Below are positions 38,401 to 50,935 of a stretch of 64,000 nucleotides of DNA, piece by piece. Position 1 is the first letter of the stretch, and each line of letters opens with the position of its first letter. Source of the stretch: Eledone cirrhosa (lineage: Eukaryota); contig OZ024741.1 of assembly GCA_964016885.1 (NCBI GenBank), positions 233,554,001 to 233,618,000 on the forward strand. The letters run 5' to 3'. Under the pieces are notes generated by a model. It did no database searches. It saw only the letters and a program-made list of their open reading frames with translations, and had not been told where the DNA came from. Position numbers and translations under genes: made by a program.

Positions 38401-38722
38401 TGTGTTGAGAGAGAAACTGTGTCTGAGAGGGATAGAATGTAGTGTACGGGAGAGGAGACTGAGGTGGTATGGACATGTGATGCGCATGGAGGATGACCGA
38501 TGGGTGAAGAAGTGCCAGGAAATGCCAGTTGAAGGAAGACGTGGTAGAGGTAGACCACGAAAAACATGGGCGGAGGTGGTGAGAACAGACCTCAGATCAT
38601 TGAAGCTCACGGTGGAGATGACGAGGGACCGTGACGAGTGGAGAGATGCTGTGCTGAATAAGACCCGTCCCACCCTTGCAAGCAGGGAAAAGCGGACGTA
38701 AAATGATGATGATGATGATGAT
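35475..38722 (+). mobile_element. Near full-length RTE LINE: APE, RT with PHD insertion; one premature stop and one frameshift
   Basis: ATG 35647, TAG 35737-35739, 881-aa ORF (SVYAPQ, GDFNGH, IDF, QHR, FVDLEKAFD, QGSVLSP, YADD); small deletions near 38370-38380; stop at 38701 just before the (GAT)n tail. Confidence 0.96.
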
Positions 38723-38867
38723 GTGTGTGTGTATGTATGTATGAATCTATATATATGTATATATATGTATGTATATCTATATATATGTGTGTGTGTATGT
38801 ATATATGTGTGTATGTATATATATGTGTATGCATATGTGTGTGTGTATGTATATATATATATATATG

Positions 38868-39420
38868 TCATGGTCGGGTTGTTGGCGACTAAACTGGCAA
38901 CCCCACCAAGGTTTCTTGGTGAGGAGGGTGACTTTGGACATCCTGCAGGACTAAAAACAAAACCTGTCAAAGGGCAAAGGAGCTCTTAAGCGTCAATGAC
39001 CATCCAAAATCACCGGGAGAGATGACCCCTTAGCCTTTGTCAAGGCAGAATTCTAGAAGGAAAACTCTGATATAACACCTGCAACCCTGATGGTATCCAA
39101 TGATGTTGACTTGTTCTTCATTTTGGTAAATATCATCTTGGTTAAGAGAGTGGGACTGGCTTTGTGCAGTGCCTTTGCTCACTATAAAAGCTTCACGGCA
39201 CAGGCATTGCTTTATATCTGGAGATCTCTCTGCACCTGTCGTCACATGGTACCATGGGCCCAGCACTGTGTCAATGATTGTCACAAGAGTAGTGTTTGTA
39301 CCAGACTTTTCAAGTCGCTGGCTGGACTAAAAAGTCACACTCGTTCAGCGCATCGGTAGGAGTTCTCCTACATGGATATAAAGTAGTGGCCGTACTCGAA
39401 AACGAGTTGGCAGCCACCAC
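38868..39420 (+). mobile_element. Bipartite non-autonomous RTE derivative (5' UTR + zinc-finger/3' end)
   Basis: Near-identical to 61892-62498; ends with CTRLFKSLAGLKSHTRSAH and CTCG-AAAA-CGAG stem-loop resembling the LINE end near 59400. Confidence 0.75.
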
Positions 39421-39654
39421 GTGTGTGTGCATATATGTGTGTGTGTGTATGTATATATATGTGTGTATGTATATATATGTATATATATATATGAAGATAA
39501 ATTAACGGAGCCATAGAGTCGCGTTATTCCCTGTAAATTATGTGCTCAAAGGGAAAGGAATCCTATACATATTGTATATGTATATATATATATGCATGTA
39601 TATATATATATGTATATGTGTATATATATGCATGTATATGTGTGTATGTATGTA

Positions 39655-40862
39655 TATCATCATCATCATCATCATCGTTTAACGTCCATCTTCCACGCTT
39701 GCATGGGTTTGGACGGGAGTTTTCCCACTTGAGGCAAGAGTGGTTGCCTTGCTCGCATAGGACTGTCTGGCAGGTTTTCTACGGCTGGATGCCCTTCCTA
39801 ACACCAACCACGTTTACAGTGTGGACTGGGAGGTTTTTACCGTGTTACCTACACGGCCACATTACAGCGTGGACTGTGTGTTTTTTTGTCGTGACACCTA
39901 CACGACCTCATTTGTTTCGGACTGGATGTTGTGGTACCAACATAACTTTATATTGAAAGGGGTGGTGTGGATGGGGTGGGGGTAGTGGGACGGGGGTGTA
40001 TTTTTGTTAGAGGTGCCTACTGACTGTGGTTGGTTTCACATTGTACTTAGGTAAGGCGGGGCTTCTGTATTACTGTGTAGTGCCAAAGATCTCGGTCCAA
40101 TGATATTGTCTTGGAGAGGTGTAAGTGTGTGAGGTCGGAATTTATCAAGTCGTCCCAGGTTTTTCTGGCTCTGCCTACTCCGAGGCTACCGTCTATTTTT
40201 ATCGCCCTCCACTTTGTTATACAGCTGTCGTCTTTCATACGCATCATGTGACCATACCAACGTAGCCTTCTCTCGAGTAAACAACATCTGATCCCTCTTA
40301 TTTCTAATTTTTCCCTTAGTTCGTTTATGTTTTGCCGTTCACGTATATTACTATTACACATCCAGCGGAGCATGCAAGCTTCGTTCTTCTCCAGTCTGCA
40401 TATATCCTCTGCACACAATGCCCAGGTCTCACTGCCATGTAACATTGCTGTTCGTATGCAGGCATCATACAGCCTGCCTTTCATTTTTAGAGAGAACCCT
40501 TTAGCGGCTAATAGTGGTATAAGCTCTCTAAACTTTTTCCATCCAGTTCTGACTCTAGCTACTGTACTTTCAGAGCACCCTCCACCACTGCTGATTTTGT
40601 CACCCAAGTAACGGAAGGTGTCCACTATTTCTATAGAACCATCTGTGCAATGGAATGAGCTAATATTCTGTGGGTACTTGCTGCTACTTATTGCACCAGA
40701 GCACCGGCCACATATAAAATCTATATTCTTAGTTAGCTTACCTGTGATCCCACTACATCTTTTATGCACCCATACTTTGCATTTGGGACATAAAATGGAG
40801 TTTCTGCCTACTCCTTTCCTACACACTGAGCATGGCCATTTCCCGGATGGGATGGGTGCCCT
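39655..40862 (-). mobile_element. 5'-truncated RTE LINE
   Basis: 259-aa ORF 40047-40826 (PHD finger to C-terminus); UTR; tail. Confidence 0.93.
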
Positions 40863-41700
40863 ATTTTCTAGGGTTTTTATACCCCTAAGAATTATTATTG
40901 TTCATTTAGCTTGGGTTGGAATTTATCAATAAAATTCTTTTCTTTGATTTTTCTCTTGATTTCACTTGGCCTGTGTAATTTGTAGAATGGAAATATTATA
41001 AATATTTTCTGACCACATGTTGCTAGATGGTTACTCATGGGTATCTGACGGACATTTGGGTCTCTGATTTGCTGTCGGTGCACCCGTGCACGTTCCGATA
41101 GTGCATTTCCAGTTTGACCGACATATAGTTCTTTACAATTCAGGCATTTAATGCAGTAAATTAGATTTCTGCTTTTGCAGTTCATATTTGCATTTGGGAA
41201 TATTTTTCAAAATTCCAACCCAAGCTAAATGAACAATAATAATTCTTAGGGGTATAAAAACCCTAGAAAATGCTATTTTCATCATTTCTAAAAATAGCAA
41301 AACAATTGATGCTTTGAATAGGGCCAAATAGAAGTCGTTAGACATGCCCAACCAACCGTGATGCCTAAACCAATCAGCTTCAGTAATCCAGTGAAACTAC
41401 ACACCGATTGGTCGAAATACAGTTTGCAAAATTTAGCATTCTGTAGCCGCTTTTCACTGTATATAAGGCACAAAATTTACCCATCTCATTACAGTTGAAA
41501 ATTGTAAACTTGACTGTCACCACAGAATATGAACCTGAAGATTGCGAAAGCATGAAATTACTTGTTCAATTAACACTTAACACTTAATATTCTACCATAC
41601 TATTTCATTCTAATACCATTATAATGTTAAAGGATTGTAAATAAAACGAGTAAATCAGACAAAGTTGGAATTCCTTTTATTAATATAATCTTCTATACAC
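40863..41700 (-). mobile_element. Penelope-like element: GIY-YIG endonuclease fragment plus inverted pseudo-LTR
   Basis: ORF 40895-41185 NLIYCIKC..C..YVGQT..R..H..E..PKLN; 62-bp inverted repeat 40863-40924 / 41210-41271. Confidence 0.9.
41530..41568 (+). ncRNA. Minimal type I hammerhead ribozyme in the Penelope pseudo-LTR
   Basis: TGAAC-CTGAAGA-T-TGC-GAAA-GCA-T-GAAA-TTACTT-GTTCA. Confidence 0.7.
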
Positions 41701-41719
41701 AATCATACACACCCGTGTA

Positions 41720-41755
<36 letters not shown>

Positions 41756-41939
41756 GCTTTTAAGCTATTTTGTAGTATCTCTGTTCAGGAACACACCACT
41801 TATATTAAATTTATCTCTCTGGAGCTTTGTAAAAGTCTGAGAGATTGGCTACATATATGTTTTATATATTTTTTTTTATTTAGATGGAAGACAAAACAAA
41901 GAAGATGAATACAAAGATGAAGAGAAAGATGAAGAACCT

Positions 41940-42485
41940 CACTGCACAACACCGCACTGCACAACACCACACTGCACTGCACCACACCACAGTGCACTGC
42001 ACCACATCACACCACACTTCACCACACCCCATAAAAACATACAACACTACACCACACTACTCCACACCACACCACTCCTCACTACTCCACTCCACATAAA
42101 AACACACAACACACCACTCATCACTACATCACACCACACTATTCCACTCCACATAAAAACACACCACAACACACCACTCCTCACTACATCACACCACACT
42201 ACTCCACATAAAGACACACGACAACACACTACTCCACACCACAACACAACACACCACTCCTCACCACAACACACCACACCAACACAACACACCACTCCTC
42301 ACTACAACACACCACACTACTCCTCACTACAACACACCACACTACTCCACACCACATAACACAACACACCACACCTCACTACATCACACCACACTACTCC
42401 ACACCACAACACACCACACCTCACTACATCACACCTCACTACATCACACCACACTACTCCACACCACACACACCACATAACACCC
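41940..42485. repeat. Degenerate CACCA/CACTA pentamer array (similar tracts 43435-43720, 44020-44095, 44790-44995)
   Basis: Direct observation. Confidence 0.9.
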
Positions 42486-43435
42486 AAAAAATTTTCCTCA
42501 TCTATTTTTCATGTGTTATCAACTAATCCGAACTCCAAGATGTTTGTTATTGACTCTCTCTTCATGGAAAACTTAGGTGGATGCACTTCTCTCGTTTAAC
42601 CCCAGAGTTTTCTCATGTTATCAATGAATATGACCTCCAAACCAGTTGGAAATGATTAGTTGTTCTAGGAAAAAGGAGGGATAAAGCAGGTGGAAAAACC
42701 ATTATCGTTTTGTAGATATATACCCTAATGATTTTTCTTCGGTCTCCTTTTGAGTGCTATCAACTAATCTGACCTTTTAGTTGCTCTGAATCAATTTTTT
42801 TTTTCTGGGATTTGGAAACTAAAACTAAATTAAACATAAAATTAAATCTAGCCCCAACCCTAAACTCTAAATCTAAACCAAACCAAGCTAAATCTAAATA
42901 TAAACATTACCCCAACCCTTAAACTAAACCCTAAACTATACTCCAACCATAAAACTAAACCCTAAACTTTACCCCAACCCTAAAACTAAACCCTAAACTT
43001 TACCCCAAACCTAAAACTAAACCCTAAACTTAAACCCTAAACCCTAAACCTAACCCAAGGAAATAAGTTGATTGGAAGCATCTAGGATGTCAGATTAATT
43101 AATAGCACAGGAAATAGCATAGGAAATAGCACAGGAAATATACCGAAAATGATTAAGTCCCACAACATGTGAGTGGGGTGTAGATCTGCAAAACTCTTCC
43201 CCTCTCACTCTCCTCTTTCTCCAAAGCTAGTTGTTTTTGACTGGTTTGGAAGTCATATTCACTGATAACGCATGAAAATAGAATCAAAGAGAAAATTCCG
43301 AGTAAGCAGGGGTTATCCGGGTGAAGGGGGAACCACCTCACCCCGCCGTTTTCCTGGGGGGAAAAAGTCAGTTTCAAGCATCTTGGAGATTGGATTAGTT
43401 GATAGCACATGAAAAATAGGATGAAAAAATTTCAC
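42486..43435. repeat. Imperfect ~330-380-bp inverted arms flanking a telomere-like AACCCTA(A) tract (42815-43055)
   Basis: TATTTTTCATGTGTTATCAACTAATCC..CTCCAAGATG mirrored at ~43379-43418; further matching blocks inward. Confidence 0.75.
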
Positions 43436-45034
43436 ATCACATCACACCACACCACACCATATAAAATCACGTCTTGTCTCGTCTCGCCTCATTTCACCAC
43501 GCCATGCCACATTTCATCACATCACATCACATTTCACCACGCCACGCCACATCACATGCCATCACACCACATGCTACCACACTACATCCCACCACACTCC
43601 ACTACACCATATCCCCCACACTACATTGAACCACACTCCACTACACCACACCACTGTCCACTACACTACACCACACCACTGTCCACTACACTAAACCACA
43701 CTACACTACACCACACCACTGTCTATTCGACTGCTTTCTATTTCGTAGGTATGTCCAGTTACAGTAAGAGAAAGAAAGTTATTTCAAAGGATCTGAGTAA
43801 GTAAACACTTCATTGACCATCATTTTAAGCAGAATCTCAGTGTAGTTTTAAATTGACCTTTTCATATGATTACACCTCAGTCTTAACTTAATCACCTGTA
43901 GATGGATTGCTACATGTAATGTTAAAATTAGTTAAACACTGTTTCCCCCTTCTCATCACATGTGGATGCTACATGTGTATTGTTAACATTAATCTAACGT
44001 TGTCCCCCCCCCCTCCCTTGCCTCACCATATCATACCACACCACATCACACCATGTTGTACCACACCAGACCACATAACACCATGCTATACCATATATAT
44101 ATATATATGAGCTCCCCACTCGTTATATTAACTGTATCTCCTCGGTGTTTCGTGAAAGTCTGAGAGATCAGCTATATATTTGTTTACAATTTTTTTTTAT
44201 ATTTAGATGGAAAAGAAGAAAAAGACGACGAAGCAGACGACTAAAATGAAAATGACAACAAAGACAAAGAAGACACGGGAAACGAAGATGACGAAAAGAA
44301 GAAGAAAGTATGATCTCAGTTCAGTCTAAACCTAATGATTTATAGATATGATCTTAGTTCAGCCTTAACCTAATGACCTGTAGATACGATCTATTTAGGT
44401 TTAACTTAAACATTCAAAGATATTTGTATATATTTTTGTTGATGTTTGACATTGTTTTTTAGTTATGAAATAGTTTATAAGCTACATTATAGGATCACAG
44501 TGCATGAGCACACTGCTCTTTAAATTAATTTTATCTCCTCAGCACTTTGTAAAGTCTGAGAGATAGGCAACATATGTTTTACATTCTTTGTTTTTGGTAT
44601 TTAGATGGCAGAGGAGAAGATAAAGGCACAGAAGAAGTCAAAAGCACAGAAGAAGTCAAAGGCACAGAAGAAGTCAAAGGCACAGAAGAAGTCAAAGGCA
44701 CAGAAGAAGACAAAGAAAATGAACAAGAAGAACAATTATTATTACTATTATTATTGTTATTATTATTTGTATTATTATAATCAAACTAAGCCACACTACA
44801 TCAACCTATACCATACCACACCACACTGACAAACATGAAACCATACCACATTATCCAACACCACACTACGAAACACTGTACGACCTCACATCAGACTATG
44901 CTATGAAACAATATACCATACTACACTATACAACAATAGACAACACCACACAAGACTATGAAACACTATACTTTACCACACTATATCACACCACTTAAGT
45001 TAGAGAGGATCAACTTTTTTCCTGGAAAGTAGAA

Positions 45035-48000
45035 AACCTAACTTTAAGCTAAAACCGAACTTTAAAAATAACTTACCCTAACACTTGCACTCACACATGC
45101 TCTAACAGTGAACTTAGCGCTAACATGAAAACTAACACAAACACAAAATCTGAAAACTAACATTAAATAGAAAACTGACACTAACACTAACCTGAACACC
45201 AGCACTAAAATTAACACTACCGTAAACACTAATACAAACACTAACACTAACCTGAACACTTACACTAAAACTAACATTAGCACAAACATTAGCCTGAACA
45301 CTAGCACTAAAACTAACACTACCATAAACACTAACACTAAAGTAGCACTAACACAAACACTAATCTGAAAACTGATACTAACCAGAAAACTAAGATAACA
45401 TTAACTTCAACACTAAAACAAACACTAACGCTAACAGAGATACAAATACAAATATTAACACAAAAACAAACACTAACCCAATCTCTAACACTAACCTCAA
45501 CACTAACACTAAAACTAACATTAACTTGAACACTAACTCTAACCTGAAAACTAAGCTAACATTAACCTGAACACTAACATAAACACTAATGCTAACACTA
45601 ACAGAAATACTAATGCTAACATTAACTCCAAAACAAAGACTAACGCTAACACAATCACTAACACTAATCGAAACATCAATCACTAATGCTAACAGAGATA
45701 CTAACACAAATATTAACACAAATATTAACACAAAAACAAACACTAACACAATCTCTAACACTAACCTTAACACTAAAACTAACATTAACACTAACACTAA
45801 CCTGAGCACTTACACTAAAACTAACATTAACCTAAACACTAGCACTAAAACTAACACTACCATAAACAGTAACACAAACACTAACACTGATCTGAGCACT
45901 AACACTAACACTACCATAAAAACTAACACTAACCTGAACACTAACACTAAAACTAACACGAAAACTGATACTAACCAGAAAACTAAGCTAACATTAACCT
46001 CAACACTAAAACAAACACTAACATTAACAGAAAAACAAAGACTAACACTAATGGAAACACTAACACAAACATTAACACAAAATAAAACACTAACACTAAT
46101 GGAAAAAATAACACTAACACTAAAACTAACACTACCGTAAACACTAACACTAAAACTGACATTAACACGAACATTAACCTGAACACTAACACTACCACTA
46201 AAACTAACACTACCATAAACCACTAACCTGAGCACTAACACTAAAAGTAACACGAGCCCTAATCTGAAAACTAACACTAACCAGAAAACTAAGTCAACAT
46301 TAACCTGAACACTAACACTAACAAAAATGCTAACACTAATACAAAATCAAACACGAACACTAATGGAAACACTAACACTAACGCCAACGCTGACACTGAC
46401 GAAGATGGCTATGCTGGCACAAACGCTAGCGCAAATGTTGACACAATCGCTTACGCTGACACAAACACTAACGTGAATACTGATGCAGGTGCAGAGGCGA
46501 ATGCTGACAAAGACTCTGATGCACACGCTGATGTAAATGCTACACAGACTCTAACGCTGACGTGGACACTGACACAAATGCTCACGCTGATGCAAGCACT
46601 AAAGCAAATGCAGACACTAATGCAAACACAGACACAAATGTTGACGCAAATGTTGATGCAGATGTTAAAGCAAACGCAAATGGTGACGCAAACGATGACA
46701 GCGATGCTAATGTGAACCTTAACGCAGACGTAAACATTGACGTAGAAGCTAAAGGAATCACTGATGCAAACACTAATGAAAATGCTGACGCAGACGCTGA
46801 CACAGACGCTAACACACGTTAACACAGATGCTAACGTAAACACTGACGCAGATGCTAACACAAACGATGACACAGATGCTAACACAAACGATGACACAGA
46901 CGCTAATGTAAACGATGACGTAGAAGCTAACGTAAATGCTGACACAGACGCAAATGTAAATACAGACGCTGATGTAGATGTAAATACAGACGCTGACGTA
47001 GAAGCTAACACAAACGCTGACACAGACACTAATGTAGATGCTGACGTAGAAGCTAACGTAAACGATGACATAGATGTTAACGTAGAAGCTAACGTAGATG
47101 CTGAGTAGAAGCTAATGTAAACGCTGACGTAGAAGCTAACAAAACGCTGACGTAGTTGTTAACGTAGAAGCAGGCGTAGAAGTTAGCGTTTACCCTTACC
47201 GCCGAAGCTGATCTCCAAAACGCAATTGCTGATGCGGATTGCTGAAGCCAAAGCCAAGCTAAGGCTGACGCAAATGTTGAGGCAGTTTTGCCGGCGCTGA
47301 CGTGTATGCTGACGCTAACGCAAATGCTGATGCGGACGCTAGGGCTAACGCTAACGCTGATGCAAATGCTGAAGTAACGCTTACATGGGATATGCAGACG
47401 CTGCAATGATGCGGACGCCACAGGAAACGCCAATGCTAACGGAAACACTGACGTAGACGTAACGGAAATGCTGACGTAGAAGCTAACGGAAATGCTGACG
47501 TAGAAGCTAACGTAAACGCTGACACAGACGCTAACGTAAACACTGACGTTAACTGAAACACTGACGCTGATGTTAACACTGACTCAAACACTAATGCAAA
47601 TGCTGACGTGCACGCTGATGCAAACGCTGACGTGTACGCTGATGCAAACGCTGACACTGAGGGAAATGCTGACACTGACACAAGTGCTGACACGGACGCT
47701 AATGATAATGCTGACATAGATGCAGGCACTGAAACAAACACTAATGTTGACTCAGACGCTAAGGGAAATGCTGACACAATCACTATCACCAATGCAGACG
47801 CTGACGCAAATGCTGACACTTACGCAAACACTAACGCAGATGCTAACACCAGTCTACATAGACACTAACACAAAAGCTTACATAGACGCTTACGCAAATG
47901 CTAACGCTGATGCAGACAGTAACGCAAACAGTAACTGTAAGAGTAACAGTTACAGTAACACTAACAGTGACAGTAATGCTAACAGTAACACAGTCACTAA

Positions 48001-48060
48001 CAATAAACTTACCATTAACAGTAAAACTTACCCTAACACTAACCCTAAATCTAACATTAA
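45035..48060. repeat. 3-kb degenerate hexamer array (AACACT grading to GACGCT and back)
   Basis: 6-bp periodicity throughout; repeated frame slips. Confidence 0.88.
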
Positions 48061-48199
48061 CCCAGAGAAAAAAGTCATTTGCAATCACATTTAAGGTCAC
48101 TCTTTAAGATATAGAAGATAGGCATTACATTTTAATGATTTTAATTTAAAGAGAATCACGCTATACGATGCAACACAATAACACACCACACCACACTAA

Positions 48200-50815
48200 C
48201 CTACACTACACCAAACCAGATTATACCATACCTTGGTAAATTTATGATAGGTTTCCATGTTATAACTACACCAAACTAAACTATACCAAACTACACCAAA
48301 CCAAACCACACCATACTACATCACACCATGCTATTGAACTCAGTGTGAAAAATTTTCTTCCTGCTTTTTTTGTGTGTGTGCTTACCACCCAATCTGACAT
48401 TAAAAGTGTTCGCAATTAACTATTTTTAGCACATATTATCAATGAAGACTTTGAAACCTGTTGAAAATGACTAGCTTTGTAGAAAAAAGAGGGCGGAAAG
48501 TGGGTGGAAATACCATTCACAAAGCTTGTCATTTTTGATTGCAGTGAAAGTCATATTTGTTGTTAATATGGTAATGGAGGCACATGGCTTAGTGGTTAGA
48601 GCATTGGCCTTGCAATCGAAAGATTGTGAGTTCAATTCTCAGACCAGGTGGTGTGTTGTTTCCTTGAGCAAGACACTTTATTTCACAATGCTCCAGTTTA
48701 CTCAGCTGTAGAAATGAGATGATAGGGCCTGGGGTCCCTATCATTCCACTGCAAAGTGGTCGTGTAGGTGCCACGGCAAAAACCACCCAGCACTCACTGT
48801 AAATGAGGTTGTGTTAGGAAGGGCATCCAGCTGTAGAAATCAAGCCAGAATCAGTTCCCGTCCCACCCTTGCAAGCAGGGAAAAGTGGACGTAAAATGAT
48901 GATGATGATGGTTAAAACATAGTCGGCTGTGAGCATGTTGGAGGTTGGAAAACCATACCACATTAAACTACATCAAACTACACCATACTACATCACACCA
49001 TGCTATTAATCTCAGTGAGAACATTTTTCTTCCTGTTTTTTTTTCTGTGTGTGTGTGCTTACCACCCAATCTGATATCAAAGGTGCTCACAAATGACTAT
49101 TTTTTTACACATTATCAATGTATATAACATGGAAACCTATCATTTGCAATAGGTTCCCATGTCATAACTACAACAATCCAAACCACACCATAACAAACTA
49201 CACCATTCTACATCACACCATGCTTTTGATCTCAGTGTGAAAAATTTTCTTCCTGTTTCTTTTTTTTTTTGTGTGTTCTTACCACCCAATCTGACATCAA
49301 AGGTGCTGCAATTGACTATTTTTCGCACATATTATCAATAATTATGACATGGAAAACTGTCGAAAATGACTAGCTTTGTAGAAAAAAGAGGGAGGATGTG
49401 GGTGGAAATACCATTTACAAAGCTAGTCATTTTTTATTGCAGCGGAAGTCATATTTTTTGTTAATATGCTAAAAGCATAGTCCACTGCGAGCATCTTGGA
49501 AGTTGTATTAGTTGATAGCACATGTAAAAGTGAAGGAAAAAATTTTTTTCTTACATAAATCAAAGTGGAAATTTAATTCCTTACTTATAACAAAGCACAC
49601 CACATTAATCTACCCCAAACCACACCATATCAAACAGCACCATATTATGGTAAATTTATTACAGAACACCTACTCCTATCATTTACATCACACCATGGTA
49701 TGGACATCAATGTGACAAATTTGCTACCTGCTTTTTTATTTTTTTGTGGTTACCACCTCAAACTAACATCAAAGGTGCTTGCAAATGACTATTTTCCCAC
49801 ACATTATCAATGAATATGAAAGGGAATCTATCGTTTACAATTGGTTTCCATTTCATAACTTCACCAAACCAAACCACACCATGCCAAGTTACACCATACT
49901 ACATTGCACCAAGCTATTGATCTTGGTGTGAAACATTTTTTTCCCGTTTCCTTTTTTTTTTTTCTGTGTGCTTACCACCCAATCTGACATTAAAGGTGCT
50001 CCCAATTTACTTTATTTTTTCACATATCAATAATTATGACATGGAAACCTGTCAAAAATGACTATCTTTGTAGAAACTTCACCAAACCACACCATACTAC
50101 ATCACACCAAGCTATTGATTTTGGTGTGACAAATTTTCATTTGGTCTTTTTTTTTTTTTTGCGTGCTTACCACCCAATTTGACATAAATGGTGCTCGCAA
50201 ATTACTATTTTATGCACATATTATCGATAGTTATGACATGGAGACCTGATGAAAATGACTAGCTTTGTAGAAAAAAGAGGGAGGATGTGGGAGGAAATAC
50301 CATTTACAAAGCTAGTCATTTTTTATTGCAGCGGAAGTCATATTTTTTGTTAATATGCTAAAAGCATAGTCCACTGCGAGCATCTTGGAAGTTGATAGCA
50401 CATGCAAAAATGAAGGAAAAATTTTTTTTATAACATAAATCAAAGTGGAAATTTAAATCCTCACTTATAACAAAGCACACCACAGCACATTAATCTACCC
50501 CAATCCTTCACCATAACCATACTTCACCATATGGTAAATTTATTACAGAACACCTACTCCTACCATTTACATCACACCAATGCTCGCAGTTGACTATTTT
50601 TTTCACATATTATGAATGAATATAACTTTGAAACCTATCGTCAATGATTAGCTTTGTAGCAAAATGAAGGCAGAAAGTGGGTGGAAAAACCATTCACAAA
50701 GCTAGTCATTTTTAATTGCAGTAGAAATCATATTTGTTGTTAATATGCTAAAAAAATAGTCAATTGCAAGCATTTTGGAGGTCGATTTAGTTGATAGGAC
50801 ATAAAAAACAAAGGA
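48200..50815. repeat. Complex satellite of partial and complete ~300-bp foldback units
   Basis: CTTACCACCCAATCTGACAT-like motif recurs ~6 times; AAAATGACTAGCTTTGTA/TACAAAGCTAGTCATTTT stems; related to the 42486-43435 arms. Confidence 0.85.
48575..48910 (+). mobile_element. Composite SINE: tRNA head, CORE-like domain, pseudoknot module, RTE tail
   Basis: A-box TGGCTTAGTGG, B-box GAGTTCAATTC; tail nearly identical to the end of the 35475-38722 LINE. Confidence 0.85.
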
Positions 50816-50935
50816 AAACAAATATTGTCTATATGTTCCTGTGGAAAGTTGGGTCTTCTGTATTACTGTGTGACGCCAGAGGTCATGGTCATGTGTCATT
50901 GCCCTTGAGAGGTGCAATTGGGAAAGGTCGGCTTA

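Noticed and set aside
42815-43055. True telomere or chromosome-fusion site
   Set aside because: Short, degenerate, single orientation and embedded between repeat arms
45390-46277. Hydrophobic LVLV or TNTN ORFs as membrane or antifreeze proteins
   Set aside because: Stop-free hexamer satellite open on both strands with frequent frame slips
48575-48650. tRNA gene
   Set aside because: A/B boxes run into a SINE body and no complete cloverleaf could be built
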